A DNA stretch of 64,000 nt from Patescibacteria group bacterium (GCA_041649575.1 JBAZMW010000005.1:38734-102733); one strand, 5' to 3'. Positions 1-10,598 are shown, numbered from the stretch's first letter. Notes: generated from the sequence alone by a model not told the origin. Program-made: numbers and translations.

Positions 1-7
1 GCTAAAA

Positions 8-1753
8 TTGATTAATCAGGCCAAGGCTTTTGATAGGCCGCTTTCCTATAAATCCGATGACACTTTGGTGACGGCTGACGGCAAGATCAAGGTTTGGTAT
101 CTGGAAAAAAAGGAAATGGTTAACGGCGAAGAAAAAATCACCAAACTTTATTATAATGTGGCTCAAAAAATTGTCTCAAACTTGAACACTGACGGCGCCT
201 ACGCTCAGTTCGTCGGACTACTGGGCAAGACTCCGCCATCAGACGGCACTTTGGGCGGCGACAATAAAACCGATATTTTTATCGCCACCGGCGCTCATGT
301 TCATCTGGCTGATTCTAAAGGCGGCTCGCCTTCCCAGGGCGTGAATGTGCCGGATAATGGCACAGGCAAAAGCAGCTATATCATCCTGCGAGAAAATTTA
401 AATGACAAATACTTGAGGACCACAACCGTTCATGAATTATTTCATGCTTTCCAGCGGGCGTTTGATTGCGTACTAACAGTTAAAAATTGGTGGTGGATTG
501 AAGGCACGGCCACTTGGTCAGAAGATATGATTTATCCAAACGACAATACTGAACAAGGTTATCTTGAAAGTTATATTAAAAACCCGGAGTTAAGCTTATT
601 TAGCAATGGTAAAAATTTTGAATATGGCGCTTATGTTTTCCCTTTTTTCTTGTCAAACACTTATGACCGGATGATCGTCACCAAAATCTTTGAAGGCTGC
701 ACTGGCGGCAAAAATCCGCTGGCTTCGGTGGATAAAACCATTGATGGCGGCTTCAAAAAAAATTGGAAAGAATTTACCCTTTTAAATTTCAATAAAAAAC
801 CAGTGGAAAAATACAAGGATTTTGACAAAAGCAAAAAATTCCCCAAAGACTCTACTCAAAGCGGTGCTAATGCCGACATGGCATTTTTATCTCCGGGAGA
901 AACTTCAGTCCCCAGTAAAGAGTTGCCGGCCTTGACTTCGCAAGTAATGGAAACTTATTTTGCGGAAAGAGCCGGAGTACGAAAAGCGGTCTTTAAAGAT
1001 CTTAAAAATTTCACCGGCAAAAACCCAAACGCCGCGATTAAAGCCATAATTTATCCAAGAAACAACGGCCAACCCTACACTGAGGATTGGACCGAAAAAG
1101 AAAGCCGCAGCTTTTGTTTTGACAAAGCCGATGAGGATTTTGATAGAATTATTCTGATATTCAGTAATGCCGACATGAAAAATAAAATAACCGAAAGCCA
1201 GATTAAGGTCAAAACCCAAGAATCGTGCTTTGAAATCAACCAAAGTGAAACCATGACTTCCAAACCGATATTTAGTGTTAATCCCGAATATAGAGGCACG
1301 GTAAAATACCAGGCCGAGGGCGAATTGGTCAAAGATTCGGTGCCGGCTAATGCCAAATATGCCTATTTAGGCAAATGGAAAGTCAAAGTGATTTATCGCG
1401 AAGATTGGCCGGGCCAAACTGCAATGTTCATCACCTCAAGTGCAATGTATTTTTCTTATGATCATTACCTGGAATTTGATTTAAGCGGGCAATCGGTCAT
1501 GAAAGACGGCACGTTTGAAGCCGTGACCAAGGAAGGCAAATTTGAATCTCCGGGCTGGACGATTCATAATGAAATTTCCGGTGACAGCGTCACTGTCCCG
1601 AAAAATGACACTTCTTGGGACGTGCCCAAAAAAGGCGTGATTTCGGAAATGACGGAAAACGGCGCAAAAATCAGTCTGCCCGATTTTGTCTTATACAACT
1701 CCGGCGGCTACCGCGAGTTGCCGCACCCGATTATTTTTGAGATCAAGAAATAA
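8..1753 (+). CDS. Putative zinc metallopeptidase (HEXXH motif), possibly 5-prime partial
   Basis: 581-aa ORF starting with TTG at the window edge. Contains VHELFHAFQ (a HExxH zinc-binding signature). No signal peptide is seen, consistent with N-terminal truncation at the window start. Confidence 0.45.
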   Translation: MINQAKAFDRPLSYKSDDTLVTADGKIKVWYLEKKEMVNGEEKITKLYYNVAQKIVSNLNTDGAYAQFVGLLGKTPPSDGTLGGDNKTDIFIATGAHVHLADSKGGSPSQGVNVPDNGTGKSSYIILRENLNDKYLRTTTVHELFHAFQRAFDCVLTVKNWWWIEGTATWSEDMIYPNDNTEQGYLESYIKNPELSLFSNGKNFEYGAYVFPFFLSNTYDRMIVTKIFEGCTGGKNPLASVDKTIDGGFKKNWKEFTLLNFNKKPVEKYKDFDKSKKFPKDSTQSGANADMAFLSPGETSVPSKELPALTSQVMETYFAERAGVRKAVFKDLKNFTGKNPNAAIKAIIYPRNNGQPYTEDWTEKESRSFCFDKADEDFDRIILIFSNADMKNKITESQIKVKTQESCFEINQSETMTSKPIFSVNPEYRGTVKYQAEGELVKDSVPANAKYAYLGKWKVKVIYREDWPGQTAMFITSSAMYFSYDHYLEFDLSGQSVMKDGTFEAVTKEGKFESPGWTIHNEISGDSVTVPKNDTSWDVPKKGVISEMTENGAKISLPDFVLYNSGGYRELPHPIIFEIKK

Positions 1754-1767
1754 ATAAACCATTTTTT

Positions 1768-1974
1768 ATGCCGATTAAAATCGATTATCAAAAGTGTTGT
1801 TTTAAAGACGGCAAGTGTGTTTCTTGCTGTGGCAGCAGTTGCAGCGGCTGCGTGGAGGCTTGTCCTGGTGGCGCCTTGTCCAGGGGTAAGCTGGTGGAAT
1901 ATGCGGAAGATAAGTGCAATAATTGCGGCAGCTGTATCAGCGCCTGTAAATATCAAGCCATCACCTTTTGTTAA
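1768..1974 (+). CDS. Small 4Fe-4S dicluster ferredoxin-like protein
   Basis: 68 aa with two cysteine clusters (CCGSSCSGCVEACP and CNNCGSCISAC), typical of Cx2Cx2Cx3C(P) ferredoxin motifs. Its stop sits immediately before the tsaD start. Confidence 0.5.
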   Translation: MPIKIDYQKCCFKDGKCVSCCGSSCSGCVEACPGGALSRGKLVEYAEDKCNNCGSCISACKYQAITFC

Positions 1975-1976
1975 TT

Positions 1977-3008
1977 ATGAAAATTTTAGCCATTGAGACC
2001 TCATGCGATGAGACATCAGCCAGTGTTTTGTCTGGCCAGAAAAACAAGCTGGAAATTTTATCTAATGTCGTTTCCTCGCAAATTGATATTCACAAAAAAT
2101 ATGGCGGCGTGGTACCGGAGGTGGCCGCGCGCCATCATGTGCAAAATATTTTGCCGGTGGTGGACGAGAGTTTGGCGTTAGCCAAAGCGGGGCCAAAAGA
2201 GATTGATCTACTGGTGACGACGGCCGGGCCGGGGCTGGTCACTTCTCTGATCATCGGTGTGGAAGCGGCCAAGACACTAAGCTTCGCTTGGCAGAAGCCG
2301 CTACTGGCTATTAATCATATGTACGGCCACATCGCCGGCAATTTTTTGAACGACAAAATAACTTTTCCGGCTGTTTGTCTGGTGGTTTCTGGCGGCCACA
2401 CGGAGATCGTTTATTTAAAAAATTATTGGCAATTCAAAAAAATTGGTCAGACAGTCGACGACGCGGCCGGCGAGGCCTTTGACAAAGTGGCCAAGCTTTT
2501 GGGCCTGGGTTATCCCGGGGGGCCGATTGTTTCATCCAAGGCCGAGGAATTTAAAAACATTAACTTGCAGAGCAAACTAAAACTGCCGCGGCCGATGCTT
2601 AAAAGCGCGGATTTTAATTTTTCCTTTTCCGGGCTCAAGACGGCGGTTTTGTATTTGGTTCAGAAGATGTCTGAAGCTGAAAAAAGGGAAAGAATTCCCG
2701 AGATTTGTTTTGAGTTTCAGCAGGCGGTGATTGATGTTTTGGTGACTAAGACCGTCAGAGCCGCCAGGGAATATAGGGTAAAAACGGTGATGCTGGCCGG
2801 CGGCGTGGCGGCTAATAAAAAATTAAGAGAAAGTTTGCGGCTGGCAGCCGAAAGAGGTGGCTATAAGTTTCTGGTGCCGGAATTTAAGTTGTGCACCGAT
2901 AACGCGGCGATGGTCGCTTTGGCTGGTTATTATCTGGCGCGAAAGAAAAAGATTAAGCTGGATAATTGGAAAAGAGTTAAAGTCGATCCGAATTGGGAGT
3001 TGAAGTGA
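1977..3008 (+). CDS. tsaD: tRNA N6-adenosine threonylcarbamoyltransferase TsaD (Kae1/Gcp family)
   Basis: MKILAIETSCDETS N-terminus, HHMYGHIAGN and VVSGGHTEIV motifs of the Kae1/TsaD family. The likely true start is the ATG at 1977, just after the upstream stop. Confidence 0.9.
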   Translation: MKILAIETSCDETSASVLSGQKNKLEILSNVVSSQIDIHKKYGGVVPEVAARHHVQNILPVVDESLALAKAGPKEIDLLVTTAGPGLVTSLIIGVEAAKTLSFAWQKPLLAINHMYGHIAGNFLNDKITFPAVCLVVSGGHTEIVYLKNYWQFKKIGQTVDDAAGEAFDKVAKLLGLGYPGGPIVSSKAEEFKNINLQSKLKLPRPMLKSADFNFSFSGLKTAVLYLVQKMSEAEKRERIPEICFEFQQAVIDVLVTKTVRAAREYRVKTVMLAGGVAANKKLRESLRLAAERGGYKFLVPEFKLCTDNAAMVALAGYYLARKKKIKLDNWKRVKVDPNWELK

Positions 3009-3012
3009 TTTG

Positions 3013-3070
3013 TCACTTTTCTTTTTTTAGAAAAAAGAAAAGCTGACGCAAAAGAAAAAAGCGCGAGCTA
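3013..3070. repeat. Conserved ~58-nt intergenic element, copy A (palindrome TTTTCTTTTTTTAGAAAAAAGAAAAG plus AAAAGAAAAAAGCGCGAGC)
   Basis: About 85% identical to a second copy at 14473-14530. Contains a TCTAGA-centred inverted repeat. Confidence 0.45.
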
Positions 3071-3225
3071 GATGAAAATTTGGCGCTTTAAGGCAAAATT
3101 CTAACAAAATTTTTAAACTCCCCCGCCAAAGGCGGGGTCAAACAATAAAAATTTAGTAACGAATTTTACCTTACGCTTATTCCAAATTTTCATAGGCTCG
3201 CAGTGAAGAATCTTTAAAAAATGTT

Positions 3226-3696
3226 ATGAGGTTTATTTCCAAGTCCGAAAAAGAAACCTATAATCTTGCCAAAAAATTTGCCGCCAAGTTGAAAGGCGGA
3301 GAGGTCTTGTGTTTGATTGGCGATTTGGGTGCCGGCAAGACGGCTTTTACCAAAGGTCTGGCTAAGGGCTTGGGCGTAAAAGATATTATTACCAGCCCGA
3401 CTTTTGTGTTGATGAAAAATTATCCAATAATCAATAACCGGAAACAGTCAGCCGCAAAAACGGTTGGCGGTAAAGGGTCAGCGGTAGACATGTTAGCGCA
3501 TATTGACGCCTATCGTTTGGATAGCGGCGCGCAGTTGCAGTATATTGGCGTGGAGGAATATTTCAAGGATAAAAATTGCGTGACAGTGATAGAGTGGGCG
3601 GACCGGGTTCGTGACATTTGGCCCAAGAAGGTGATTAAAATTAAATTTAAGATTCTTAGCGAAAATAAAAGGGAAATAAAAATCACCACGGATTAA
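3226..3696 (+). CDS. tsaE: tRNA threonylcarbamoyladenosine biosynthesis ATPase TsaE (YjeE)
   Basis: 156 aa with P-loop GDLGAGKT followed by ITSPTFVL, characteristic of TsaE. Adjacent to tsaD. Confidence 0.8.
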   Translation: MRFISKSEKETYNLAKKFAAKLKGGEVLCLIGDLGAGKTAFTKGLAKGLGVKDIITSPTFVLMKNYPIINNRKQSAAKTVGGKGSAVDMLAHIDAYRLDSGAQLQYIGVEEYFKDKNCVTVIEWADRVRDIWPKKVIKIKFKILSENKREIKITTD

Positions 3697-3724
3697 TGTG
3701 GTGATTTTAAAAATTTTTATATTT

Positions 3725-6700
3725 TTATTTAGCTACCCGAAAGACTTCTTCCACGGTCGTCTCGCCGTCGACGGCTTTGAGAATGCCATCTTGGAGGACC
3801 AGGATAGCGCCATTTTTGACCGCCGCTTTTTCGATGTCGGTATTGGTGACGTCTTCCAGCTGAATTAATTTTTGCAACTCCGGCGTCATTTCCAAAACCT
3901 CATAAAGCCCGAGTCGGCCCTTGTAGCCGATATTGCCGCACTTAGAGCAACCCTTGGCCTGATAGAATTCCAGCGGCTGGGGAATTTTTATGTTGGCTTT
4001 GGGGCTGATTTGGGAGAGGATTTCTTCTACCTCTTTGAGTACTGCCGGCTCCAGTTTGGTCTTGACTTTGCAATAGGGGCAGATTTTTCTAACCAATCTT
4101 TGGCCAATAGAGCATTCGATGGAATTGGCCAGCATCTGGCGGTCGATGCCCAGGCCGACAAAACGGGGAATGGCGCCGGCGGCGCTATTGGTATGAATGG
4201 TAGAGAGAACCAGGTGGCCGGTCATGGCCGCCTCAATAGCGACTTTGGCAGTCTCCGGATCGCGGATTTCACCAATCATCATGATGTTGGGATTTTGCCG
4301 CAGGAGCGAACGCATGGCGCTGGCAAAAGTATAGCCCTGCTCGGTGTTTATCTGGGTCTGCATGATGCCCTCCAGGTGGTATTCGATCGGGTCTTCCACG
4401 GTAATAATTTTGATATCCGGACGGTTGAGTTTGTTTAAAATACTGTAGAGCGTGGTGGTTTTGCCGCTGCCAGTGGGGCCGGTGGTAATGATAATGCCCT
4501 TGGTTTTGGCCATGGATTTTTCCAATGAGGACAGGGAGTACGGCCGCATGCCCAAATCTTTAATATCCAAGGCGCTGGCCTGGCTGGAAAGCAGGCGGAT
4601 AACCACGGTCTCGCCATAGCCGCCGGAAATAATGGAAACGCGAGAATCCATTTTGGCGTCTTTTAGAAAAATAGCAAAGCGCCCGTCCCAGGCGGCTTTT
4701 TTGACGTTGGTGGGGAAGCCGGCCAGGATTTTAATATTGGAGAGCAGCGGCAAATACTGTTCTTTGGGCAAGTCGACAATATCGTGCAAGATGCCATCGA
4801 TGCGAAAACGAATTTTGACGTCGGTGTCGGTGGGCTCAATATGGATGTCGCCCGCCTCGCTCTTTAGAGCGGCGGCAATTACCAAATTGATCATCTCTTT
4901 GGTGGGGGTGTCGGCGATGGCTCTGGTGACACTGGTCAGATCTTTGGATAGTTCGGCGCCGCGGGCCAGTTCTGCCTCGCTGATTTTGATGCCACGGCCG
5001 ATGGTTTGCGAGATAACAATATCGTACAAAGCGTCGACGTAATCTAGTTTGCCGATAACACGATAAACTTCCTCTAGAGAAGTGATGCCGGACAGACATT
5101 TCAAGACGCCATCTTGCAGCATGGTGATCATGCCGCTCTCAATGGCCTGTTCCAGGATTTTGAAAGTGGGAGCGCCTTCGGAAGTCAGCTGCTTGATCTC
5201 TTCGTTCATGACAAAAATCTCATAAATGCCGACGCGGCCTTGGTAGCCGATACCGTTACAATAATCACAGCCGTCAGGTTTGGCCTGGTAGACCCTGGAC
5301 AAAACGGTGGGAATATCAACTCCTGATTTAGGGGAGATGACCGCCAAAATTTTTTCTACGGTTTCTTTTTCTGCTTCGCCAAGCTGATGCTCGATTTTGC
5401 ACCGGGGGCAGAGTTTGCGCACCAGACGCTGGCCGATAATCGCATTAATAGAGGGAACAATAAAAAAAGGTTTGACGCCCATATCTACCAACCTGGGAAT
5501 AACGCCGGCGGCATCATTGGTGTGGACGGTAGAGAGAACCAAGTGCCCGGTCAGACTGGATTGAATGGAGATTTCGGCGGTTTCCAAATCGCGGATTTCG
5601 CCAACCATAATAATATCGGGGTCTTGCCTTAGAACTGAACGCAAACCATTGGCAAAAGTATAACCTTTTTTAACATCGACTTGGCTCTGATTGATGCCTT
5701 TGAGCTGGTATTCGATGGGATCTTCCAGGGTAATTATTTTGACATCGGGCTGGTTGAGTTTGTTTAAGATGGCATAAAGCGTGGTGGTTTTGCCGCTGCC
5801 CGTGGGGCCGGCAGTCAGGAGCAGGCCGTTGGGCTTTTTAATTTCCTGTTCCAGGATTTTGTAGGCCTGGGGCATCAGCCCTAGATCCTCAAAGGACAGG
5901 ACGACCGAAGCAGACTTTAAGAGGCGCATGACCACGCTCTCGCCGTAAGCGGTGGGCAGAAAAGAACAGCGGACTTCGATTTTTTCTTTGGTCAGGAAGA
6001 TGGAAAAACGGCCGTCCTGAGGCCTGCCCTCGATGTTGATTTTTACTTTGGCCATTATTTTCAGGCGGGAGATGATTTTTTTCCAATTCTCTTTGTTGAC
6101 TGTCGCCGCTTCTTGCAAAACGCCATCGACTCGGAAGCGAACGGTCACGCCAAACTCCTCGGCTTCGATGTGGATGTCGGAAGCGTCGATTTTGATGGCG
6201 GTGGCGACAATCAGAGTGACGGTATCGCTGATATTGACTTGATTGATTTTTTCGTTGAGTTCGCGGAAATCTTTCAGCTCATTCTCAAAACGCTCCAAGT
6301 CCGCTTGTTTTATTTCGATGCCGGGGACAAATTTTCTGATTTTTGGCAGAGAGTCGTAGAGCCTGACGGCAGTTTCAAGGCTGTGTTGGGAAACCAGATA
6401 GGTAGAAACGTTGGTGTGGAATTTATCTCTCAACTCGTTTTCCAATTGTTTTATCTCGTCGTTGTAGCCGACGGCAGCCAGGCGAATATCCGAGCCATTG
6501 TTTAGAAAACAAACGACCTGCAGCTTGAGGCTGGTTTCTTTGGGCAGAGTGGTCAGGGTATCGGGAGAAATACCAAAGCCTATCAAATTAATGTAAGGCA
6601 GGCCGATGATGGCGGCTTTGTTTTCGACTTCCCGCTCTTTTTCTTTGAGAGTGATTTCCTGAATCTTTTTTTGCAACTGTCCTTGGGTGGAATCGTCGTC

Positions 6701-6757
6701 GCTAGCCGATGGTTGCTTACTGGGAAGCAGGTCTTCCAGTGAAGGGCCGATAGTCAT
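3725..6757 (-). CDS. pilB: Tandem-duplicated (fused) type IV pilus / type II secretion assembly ATPase PilB/GspE
   Basis: 1010 aa containing two complete GspE/PilB modules. Each has Walker A GPTGSGKTTTLY, an Asp box, Walker B with the His box (GEIRD..LVLST(V/I)HTN) and a tetracysteine zinc motif (CPRCK..CDYCNGIGYQGR; CPYCK..CSKCGNIGYKGR). A GspE_N-like domain is present at the N-terminus. Confidence 0.85.
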   Translation of the reverse strand: MTIGPSLEDLLPSKQPSASDDDSTQGQLQKKIQEITLKEKEREVENKAAIIGLPYINLIGFGISPDTLTTLPKETSLKLQVVCFLNNGSDIRLAAVGYNDEIKQLENELRDKFHTNVSTYLVSQHSLETAVRLYDSLPKIRKFVPGIEIKQADLERFENELKDFRELNEKINQVNISDTVTLIVATAIKIDASDIHIEAEEFGVTVRFRVDGVLQEAATVNKENWKKIISRLKIMAKVKINIEGRPQDGRFSIFLTKEKIEVRCSFLPTAYGESVVMRLLKSASVVLSFEDLGLMPQAYKILEQEIKKPNGLLLTAGPTGSGKTTTLYAILNKLNQPDVKIITLEDPIEYQLKGINQSQVDVKKGYTFANGLRSVLRQDPDIIMVGEIRDLETAEISIQSSLTGHLVLSTVHTNDAAGVIPRLVDMGVKPFFIVPSINAIIGQRLVRKLCPRCKIEHQLGEAEKETVEKILAVISPKSGVDIPTVLSRVYQAKPDGCDYCNGIGYQGRVGIYEIFVMNEEIKQLTSEGAPTFKILEQAIESGMITMLQDGVLKCLSGITSLEEVYRVIGKLDYVDALYDIVISQTIGRGIKISEAELARGAELSKDLTSVTRAIADTPTKEMINLVIAAALKSEAGDIHIEPTDTDVKIRFRIDGILHDIVDLPKEQYLPLLSNIKILAGFPTNVKKAAWDGRFAIFLKDAKMDSRVSIISGGYGETVVIRLLSSQASALDIKDLGMRPYSLSSLEKSMAKTKGIIITTGPTGSGKTTTLYSILNKLNRPDIKIITVEDPIEYHLEGIMQTQINTEQGYTFASAMRSLLRQNPNIMMIGEIRDPETAKVAIEAAMTGHLVLSTIHTNSAAGAIPRFVGLGIDRQMLANSIECSIGQRLVRKICPYCKVKTKLEPAVLKEVEEILSQISPKANIKIPQPLEFYQAKGCSKCGNIGYKGRLGLYEVLEMTPELQKLIQLEDVTNTDIEKAAVKNGAILVLQDGILKAVDGETTVEEVFRVAK

Positions 6758-6821
6758 GGGAAAAAGTTAAAGTTTATTGAAGCTACTATAATTATAGTTT
6801 TTATGGAGGTTTATTTCAAGC

Positions 6822-6866
6822 AACAAAAACTCGCCGAACTGACAGGCGGGCCAAGTTCAGCGAGTT
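6822..6866. terminator. Bidirectional hairpin terminator downstream of the 6877-7902 gene
   Basis: 13-bp imperfect stem AACTCGCCGAACT/AGTTCAGCGAGTT flanked by A-run and T-run. Confidence 0.4.
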
Positions 6867-6876
6867 CTGTGATTGT

Positions 6877-7902
6877 TTATTTTTTCGAAAAGAGACTAGG
6901 CAGCTTGAGATTCTGCGAGCTGCGGATAATTCTGCTAAGGCCTTCGCCGGAGCTGAGGCGGTTGAAGAGCAGTGTCCAACTAGACCACTGAAAAGCGGAG
7001 AGGAAAGCAGTGATAAAAAAGGTAATGGCCAGCAGTAGCAGAAACAGGATCAGGCCGAAAATACCGGCCAGCCACAGGGGCGCCGCGTAGCCGTAGAAAA
7101 CCAGGAACAAGAGGGCCAAAAACAGTTCGCCGATCAGCCCGGTAATGATAGCGGCCACCAGGTAAATGATAAAGATTATCAGAGCCATTTCCAGCGATAC
7201 CAGCCAGTTGGCCAAAAATAATTTTTTGGCGGAAAAAAAGGATTCGCCCAGGCGCTGTTTTTTAAGAATTAAATAAAAAATTTGATAGCGTAACAGGAAA
7301 GAGACAGAAAAAATAATGATTATGAAAACAATAAACGACAGGTAATAGATTGTTCTGCCAAAAATTCCCTGGTCGGTCAGGGCCAGCAGCTCGGCGCCAA
7401 GAATCATAAAGAGCAGAAAGAGGACAACCTTAAGGATGAAATTAATCAAAAGTACCGGCCAGAATTTGCCCAGGGCAAAATCGATGCCTTCGTTGATGGT
7501 GGCAACTTTGTTCTTATTGGCCAGGTCGATGTTTCTGATCAGGCCGACTTGGGAGACAATGGCCAGCCAGATGATGAAGATAATAATAGCGACGGCGATG
7601 ATGACAACCACAATGGCAAACAACAGTCCTTGCGGATAATGGATAATGGCCGACCAAATATTAAGCCAGAGATTGCCGCCGGCCTTAAGGCCATCGGCCA
7701 GGCCGTTTTGAAAACTGTTTAGCGTGTCAGCCAGGATACCGCGGCTGTTGAAAGGATTGATAAGGGCGCGGCCTAGAATTTCGTATTCGCCGCCAGTGCC
7801 CAACAGCGCGGCGAAGAGACCAAAAAACCACAGGCCTTTCTTTTTTCTGACTAATTGCCAAGATTTTTTCAGAATTGGCCGATAAAGAGCGGAGTCCTCC
7901 AT
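6877..7902 (-). CDS. Integral membrane protein, function unknown
   Basis: 341 aa, highly hydrophobic with multiple predicted TM helices and no recognisable catalytic motif. Confidence 0.5.
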   Translation of the reverse strand: MEDSALYRPILKKSWQLVRKKKGLWFFGLFAALLGTGGEYEILGRALINPFNSRGILADTLNSFQNGLADGLKAGGNLWLNIWSAIIHYPQGLLFAIVVVIIAVAIIIFIIWLAIVSQVGLIRNIDLANKNKVATINEGIDFALGKFWPVLLINFILKVVLFLLFMILGAELLALTDQGIFGRTIYYLSFIVFIIIIFSVSFLLRYQIFYLILKKQRLGESFFSAKKLFLANWLVSLEMALIIFIIYLVAAIITGLIGELFLALLFLVFYGYAAPLWLAGIFGLILFLLLLAITFFITAFLSAFQWSSWTLLFNRLSSGEGLSRIIRSSQNLKLPSLFSKK

Positions 7903-8035
7903 ATATTTTGATTTATTTTATAATTGTCGGTTATGATTATTATAACATAATTATAACACAAGATAAAAATAACTGAAACTCGTCGGCGAGAGTTGCCGGG
8001 TTTTGAAATTAATAAAATTTTCTGCTGATATCAAA

Positions 8036-8066
8036 AAGTCAGCCCAAGCGGGCTGACTTTTTGGCT
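8036..8066. terminator. Bidirectional intrinsic terminator downstream of ftsH
   Basis: AAAAAGTCAGCCC-AAGC-GGGCTGACTTTTT: an 8-bp GC stem flanked by A and T runs. Confidence 0.55.
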
Positions 8067-8092
8067 ATTGATTTGGCAGGCGCTGGAAATTT

Positions 8093-9901
8093 TTAAGCTT
8101 TAAAGATGGCGGCAAATTCCTCGCTTTCAAGAGTTTCTTTTTCCAAAAGCTGGGTGACTATCTTTTCTAAATAATCTCTTTTTGCAATAATTATGCTTTC
8201 GGCCAGTTTGGCCGCTTCCTCGGTGAGGCGATGAATTTCTTTGTCGATTTCTTCGGCGCTTTTTTCCGAATAGTCGCGTTGCTCATGGAGCTCGCGTCCC
8301 AAAAAGATCAGCTCTTCTTTTTCGCCAAAAGTCCTTAGTCCTAATTTGTCGCTCATGCCATATTCGGCGATAAGTTTCTTGGCCAGCCGAGTGGCTTCAT
8401 GCAAATCGCTTTGGGCGCCGGTAGTGACTTCGCTGAAAACAATTTTTTCGGCAATCCGGCCGGCCAAAAGTACGGCCAGCTCTTCCAAAAATTCGGATTT
8501 GGAATGGAGTTTTCGGTCTTCGGAAGGCAGCTTCAGAGTGAAACCGGCGGCCAGGCCGCGGGCAATGATAGAAACTTTTCGAACCGGATCGGTGTGCGGC
8601 AATTCGTGAGCCACCAAAGCGTGGCCAGCTTCGTGGTAGGCGGTGATTTTTTTCTCGTTTTCGTTGAGGATGTGGCTTCTTCTTTCCGGGCCCAAGATAA
8701 TTTTGTCGATACTTTTTAAAATATTGTCAGAATTGATTTCTTTTTTGTTTTGCAGCGCAGTGAGAATGGCCGCTTCATTGAGCAGGTTGGACAAATCGGC
8801 GCCGGAAAAACCGGGAGTGCGTTCGGCCATCTTTCTTAGTTCTACTTCTTTGGCCAGCGGTTTTTCTCTGGCGTGGACTTTCAGAATCGCCTCGCGGTCG
8901 TTGATGTCGGGCATATCCAGAGTGACGCGGCGGTCAAAGCGGCCGGGGCGCAACAGGGCGGCGTCCAAGACATCGGGACGGTTGGTGGCGGCCATAATGA
9001 TAACGTTGGTGGCCGGGTCAAAGCCGTCCATTTCCACCAGTATTTGATTGAGGGTTTGCTCGCGTTCATCATGAGACCCGCCCAGCCCCGCTCCGCGCTG
9101 GCGGCCGACGGCGTCTATTTCATCGATAAAGATAATGCAAGGGGCGCTCTTTTTGGCGCGGCGGAACAAATCGCGGACACGAGAAGCGCCTACGCCGACA
9201 AACATCTCCACAAATTCGGAGCCGGAAATGCTGAAAAAAGGCACATTGGCTTCGCCGGCGACGGCGCGTGCTAGTAGGGTTTTACCGGTGCCGGGAGCGC
9301 CCAAAAGCAAAACTCCTTTGGGAATGCGCGCGCCTAGCGCTAGAAACTTTTTGGGATTTTTCAGAAAATCGACTACTTCCAGCAGTTCTTGCTTGGCCTC
9401 TTTGACTCCGGCCACGTCGACAAAAGTGATTTTATTCTTGTCGGGATTGAACTCCCGAGCGCCGCTTTGGCCGAAGCTCATGGCTTTGTTGTTGGCGCCC
9501 TGGGCCTGACGCATCATAAACCAGATAAAACCGACAAAGAAAATCAGAGGAATAATAAAAGGCAAAGTGGCCGACAACCAAAATTTCAGGCTGGTATCGC
9601 TTTTTATTTCAACAGAAACTTTTTCTAATTTTTTGGTGTCAATGTTGTAGTTTTTCAGCAGGGTGCTCAAACTGTCCAGGCTTTCTTTCTGCAGCGTTTC
9701 TTTTTGTTCGTCGGTGGTGACTATTTCCAGCTGGTTTTCTTTGACCACCACGGACTTGATTTGTTCCTGGTTGATTTGGTTGATAAATTCGCTGATATTG
9801 ATTTTTTTGGTTTTTTCGGTCGGCAGGCTGTACAAACTAAGCAGAGCCAACAGCGCCAGAAAGATCAGGGCGGCGATCAGTATTTGTTTGGTTATTTTCA
9901 T
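8093..9901 (-). CDS. ftsH: ATP-dependent zinc metalloprotease FtsH
   Basis: N-terminal TM, AAA module [31 protein letters not shown] zinc motif, 602 aa. Confidence 0.93.
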   Translation of the reverse strand: MKITKQILIAALIFLALLALLSLYSLPTEKTKKINISEFINQINQEQIKSVVVKENQLEIVTTDEQKETLQKESLDSLSTLLKNYNIDTKKLEKVSVEIKSDTSLKFWLSATLPFIIPLIFFVGFIWFMMRQAQGANNKAMSFGQSGAREFNPDKNKITFVDVAGVKEAKQELLEVVDFLKNPKKFLALGARIPKGVLLLGAPGTGKTLLARAVAGEANVPFFSISGSEFVEMFVGVGASRVRDLFRRAKKSAPCIIFIDEIDAVGRQRGAGLGGSHDEREQTLNQILVEMDGFDPATNVIIMAATNRPDVLDAALLRPGRFDRRVTLDMPDINDREAILKVHAREKPLAKEVELRKMAERTPGFSGADLSNLLNEAAILTALQNKKEINSDNILKSIDKIILGPERRSHILNENEKKITAYHEAGHALVAHELPHTDPVRKVSIIARGLAAGFTLKLPSEDRKLHSKSEFLEELAVLLAGRIAEKIVFSEVTTGAQSDLHEATRLAKKLIAEYGMSDKLGLRTFGEKEELIFLGRELHEQRDYSEKSAEEIDKEIHRLTEEAAKLAESIIIAKRDYLEKIVTQLLEKETLESEEFAAIFKA

Positions 9902-10001
9902 TTGTTTAATTTAAGTTTTTAGTTAAGGCCAAGGATCGGGCCTTTCCGATCAATTGGGCAAACTGTTATAATTTATATTATAAATAGGATAATGATTTTT
10001 T

Positions 10002-10598
10002 TTGAAAATGTCAAACCGACAGATAAAAATAGTCGATGTCATTTGGCAAAAAACTTTATTTAGAATTTTGCCAGAAAAAATTACGCCTAATTTTTTCACA
10101 GTGGTTCGTTTACTGTTGATACCGACGATACTGGTGTTTCTGGCTTTGGAAAATTTCATTTTAGCTTTGGTTTTTTTTGTTTTGGCCGCCGTCGTTGACA
10201 CGATCGACGGCGCTCTGGCCAGATACCGAAAACAGACTTCTTTTTGGGGAACCTGGCTCGATCCTTTGGCCGACAAACTGCTGGTCGTTTTGGTGGTTTT
10301 GTTTTTGTTTTATTATTACCCTTATCCCGCTCTGCTAGTGGGAGCGATATTTTTTGATTTGCTTTTGGGCTTGGGCGCCCTGGCTTTTCTGGTAGTGTTT
10401 AGAAACAAAGAAGCGATACCGGCCAATTGGCTGGGCAAAAGCAAAATGGTTTTGGCGGTGGCCGGCGTTTTACTGGTTTTTGTTTATTTGATTTCTGGCC
10501 AATTAATTTTTTTATGGTTGTCGGTTGTTATTTTATTCTTGGCCATTATTTTTGGCGCTTTAAGCTTCATAGTCTACGGCTTGAAGGCCATGGTTTAA
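10002..10598 (+). CDS. pgsA: CDP-alcohol phosphatidyltransferase (PgsA-like)
   Basis: DTIDGALARYRKQTSFWGTWLDPLADK matches D-G-x2-A-R-x8-G-x3-D-x3-D. Multi-TM, 198 aa. Confidence 0.7.
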   Translation: MKMSNRQIKIVDVIWQKTLFRILPEKITPNFFTVVRLLLIPTILVFLALENFILALVFFVLAAVVDTIDGALARYRKQTSFWGTWLDPLADKLLVVLVVLFLFYYYPYPALLVGAIFFDLLLGLGALAFLVVFRNKEAIPANWLGKSKMVLAVAGVLLVFVYLISGQLIFLWLSVVILFLAIIFGALSFIVYGLKAMV

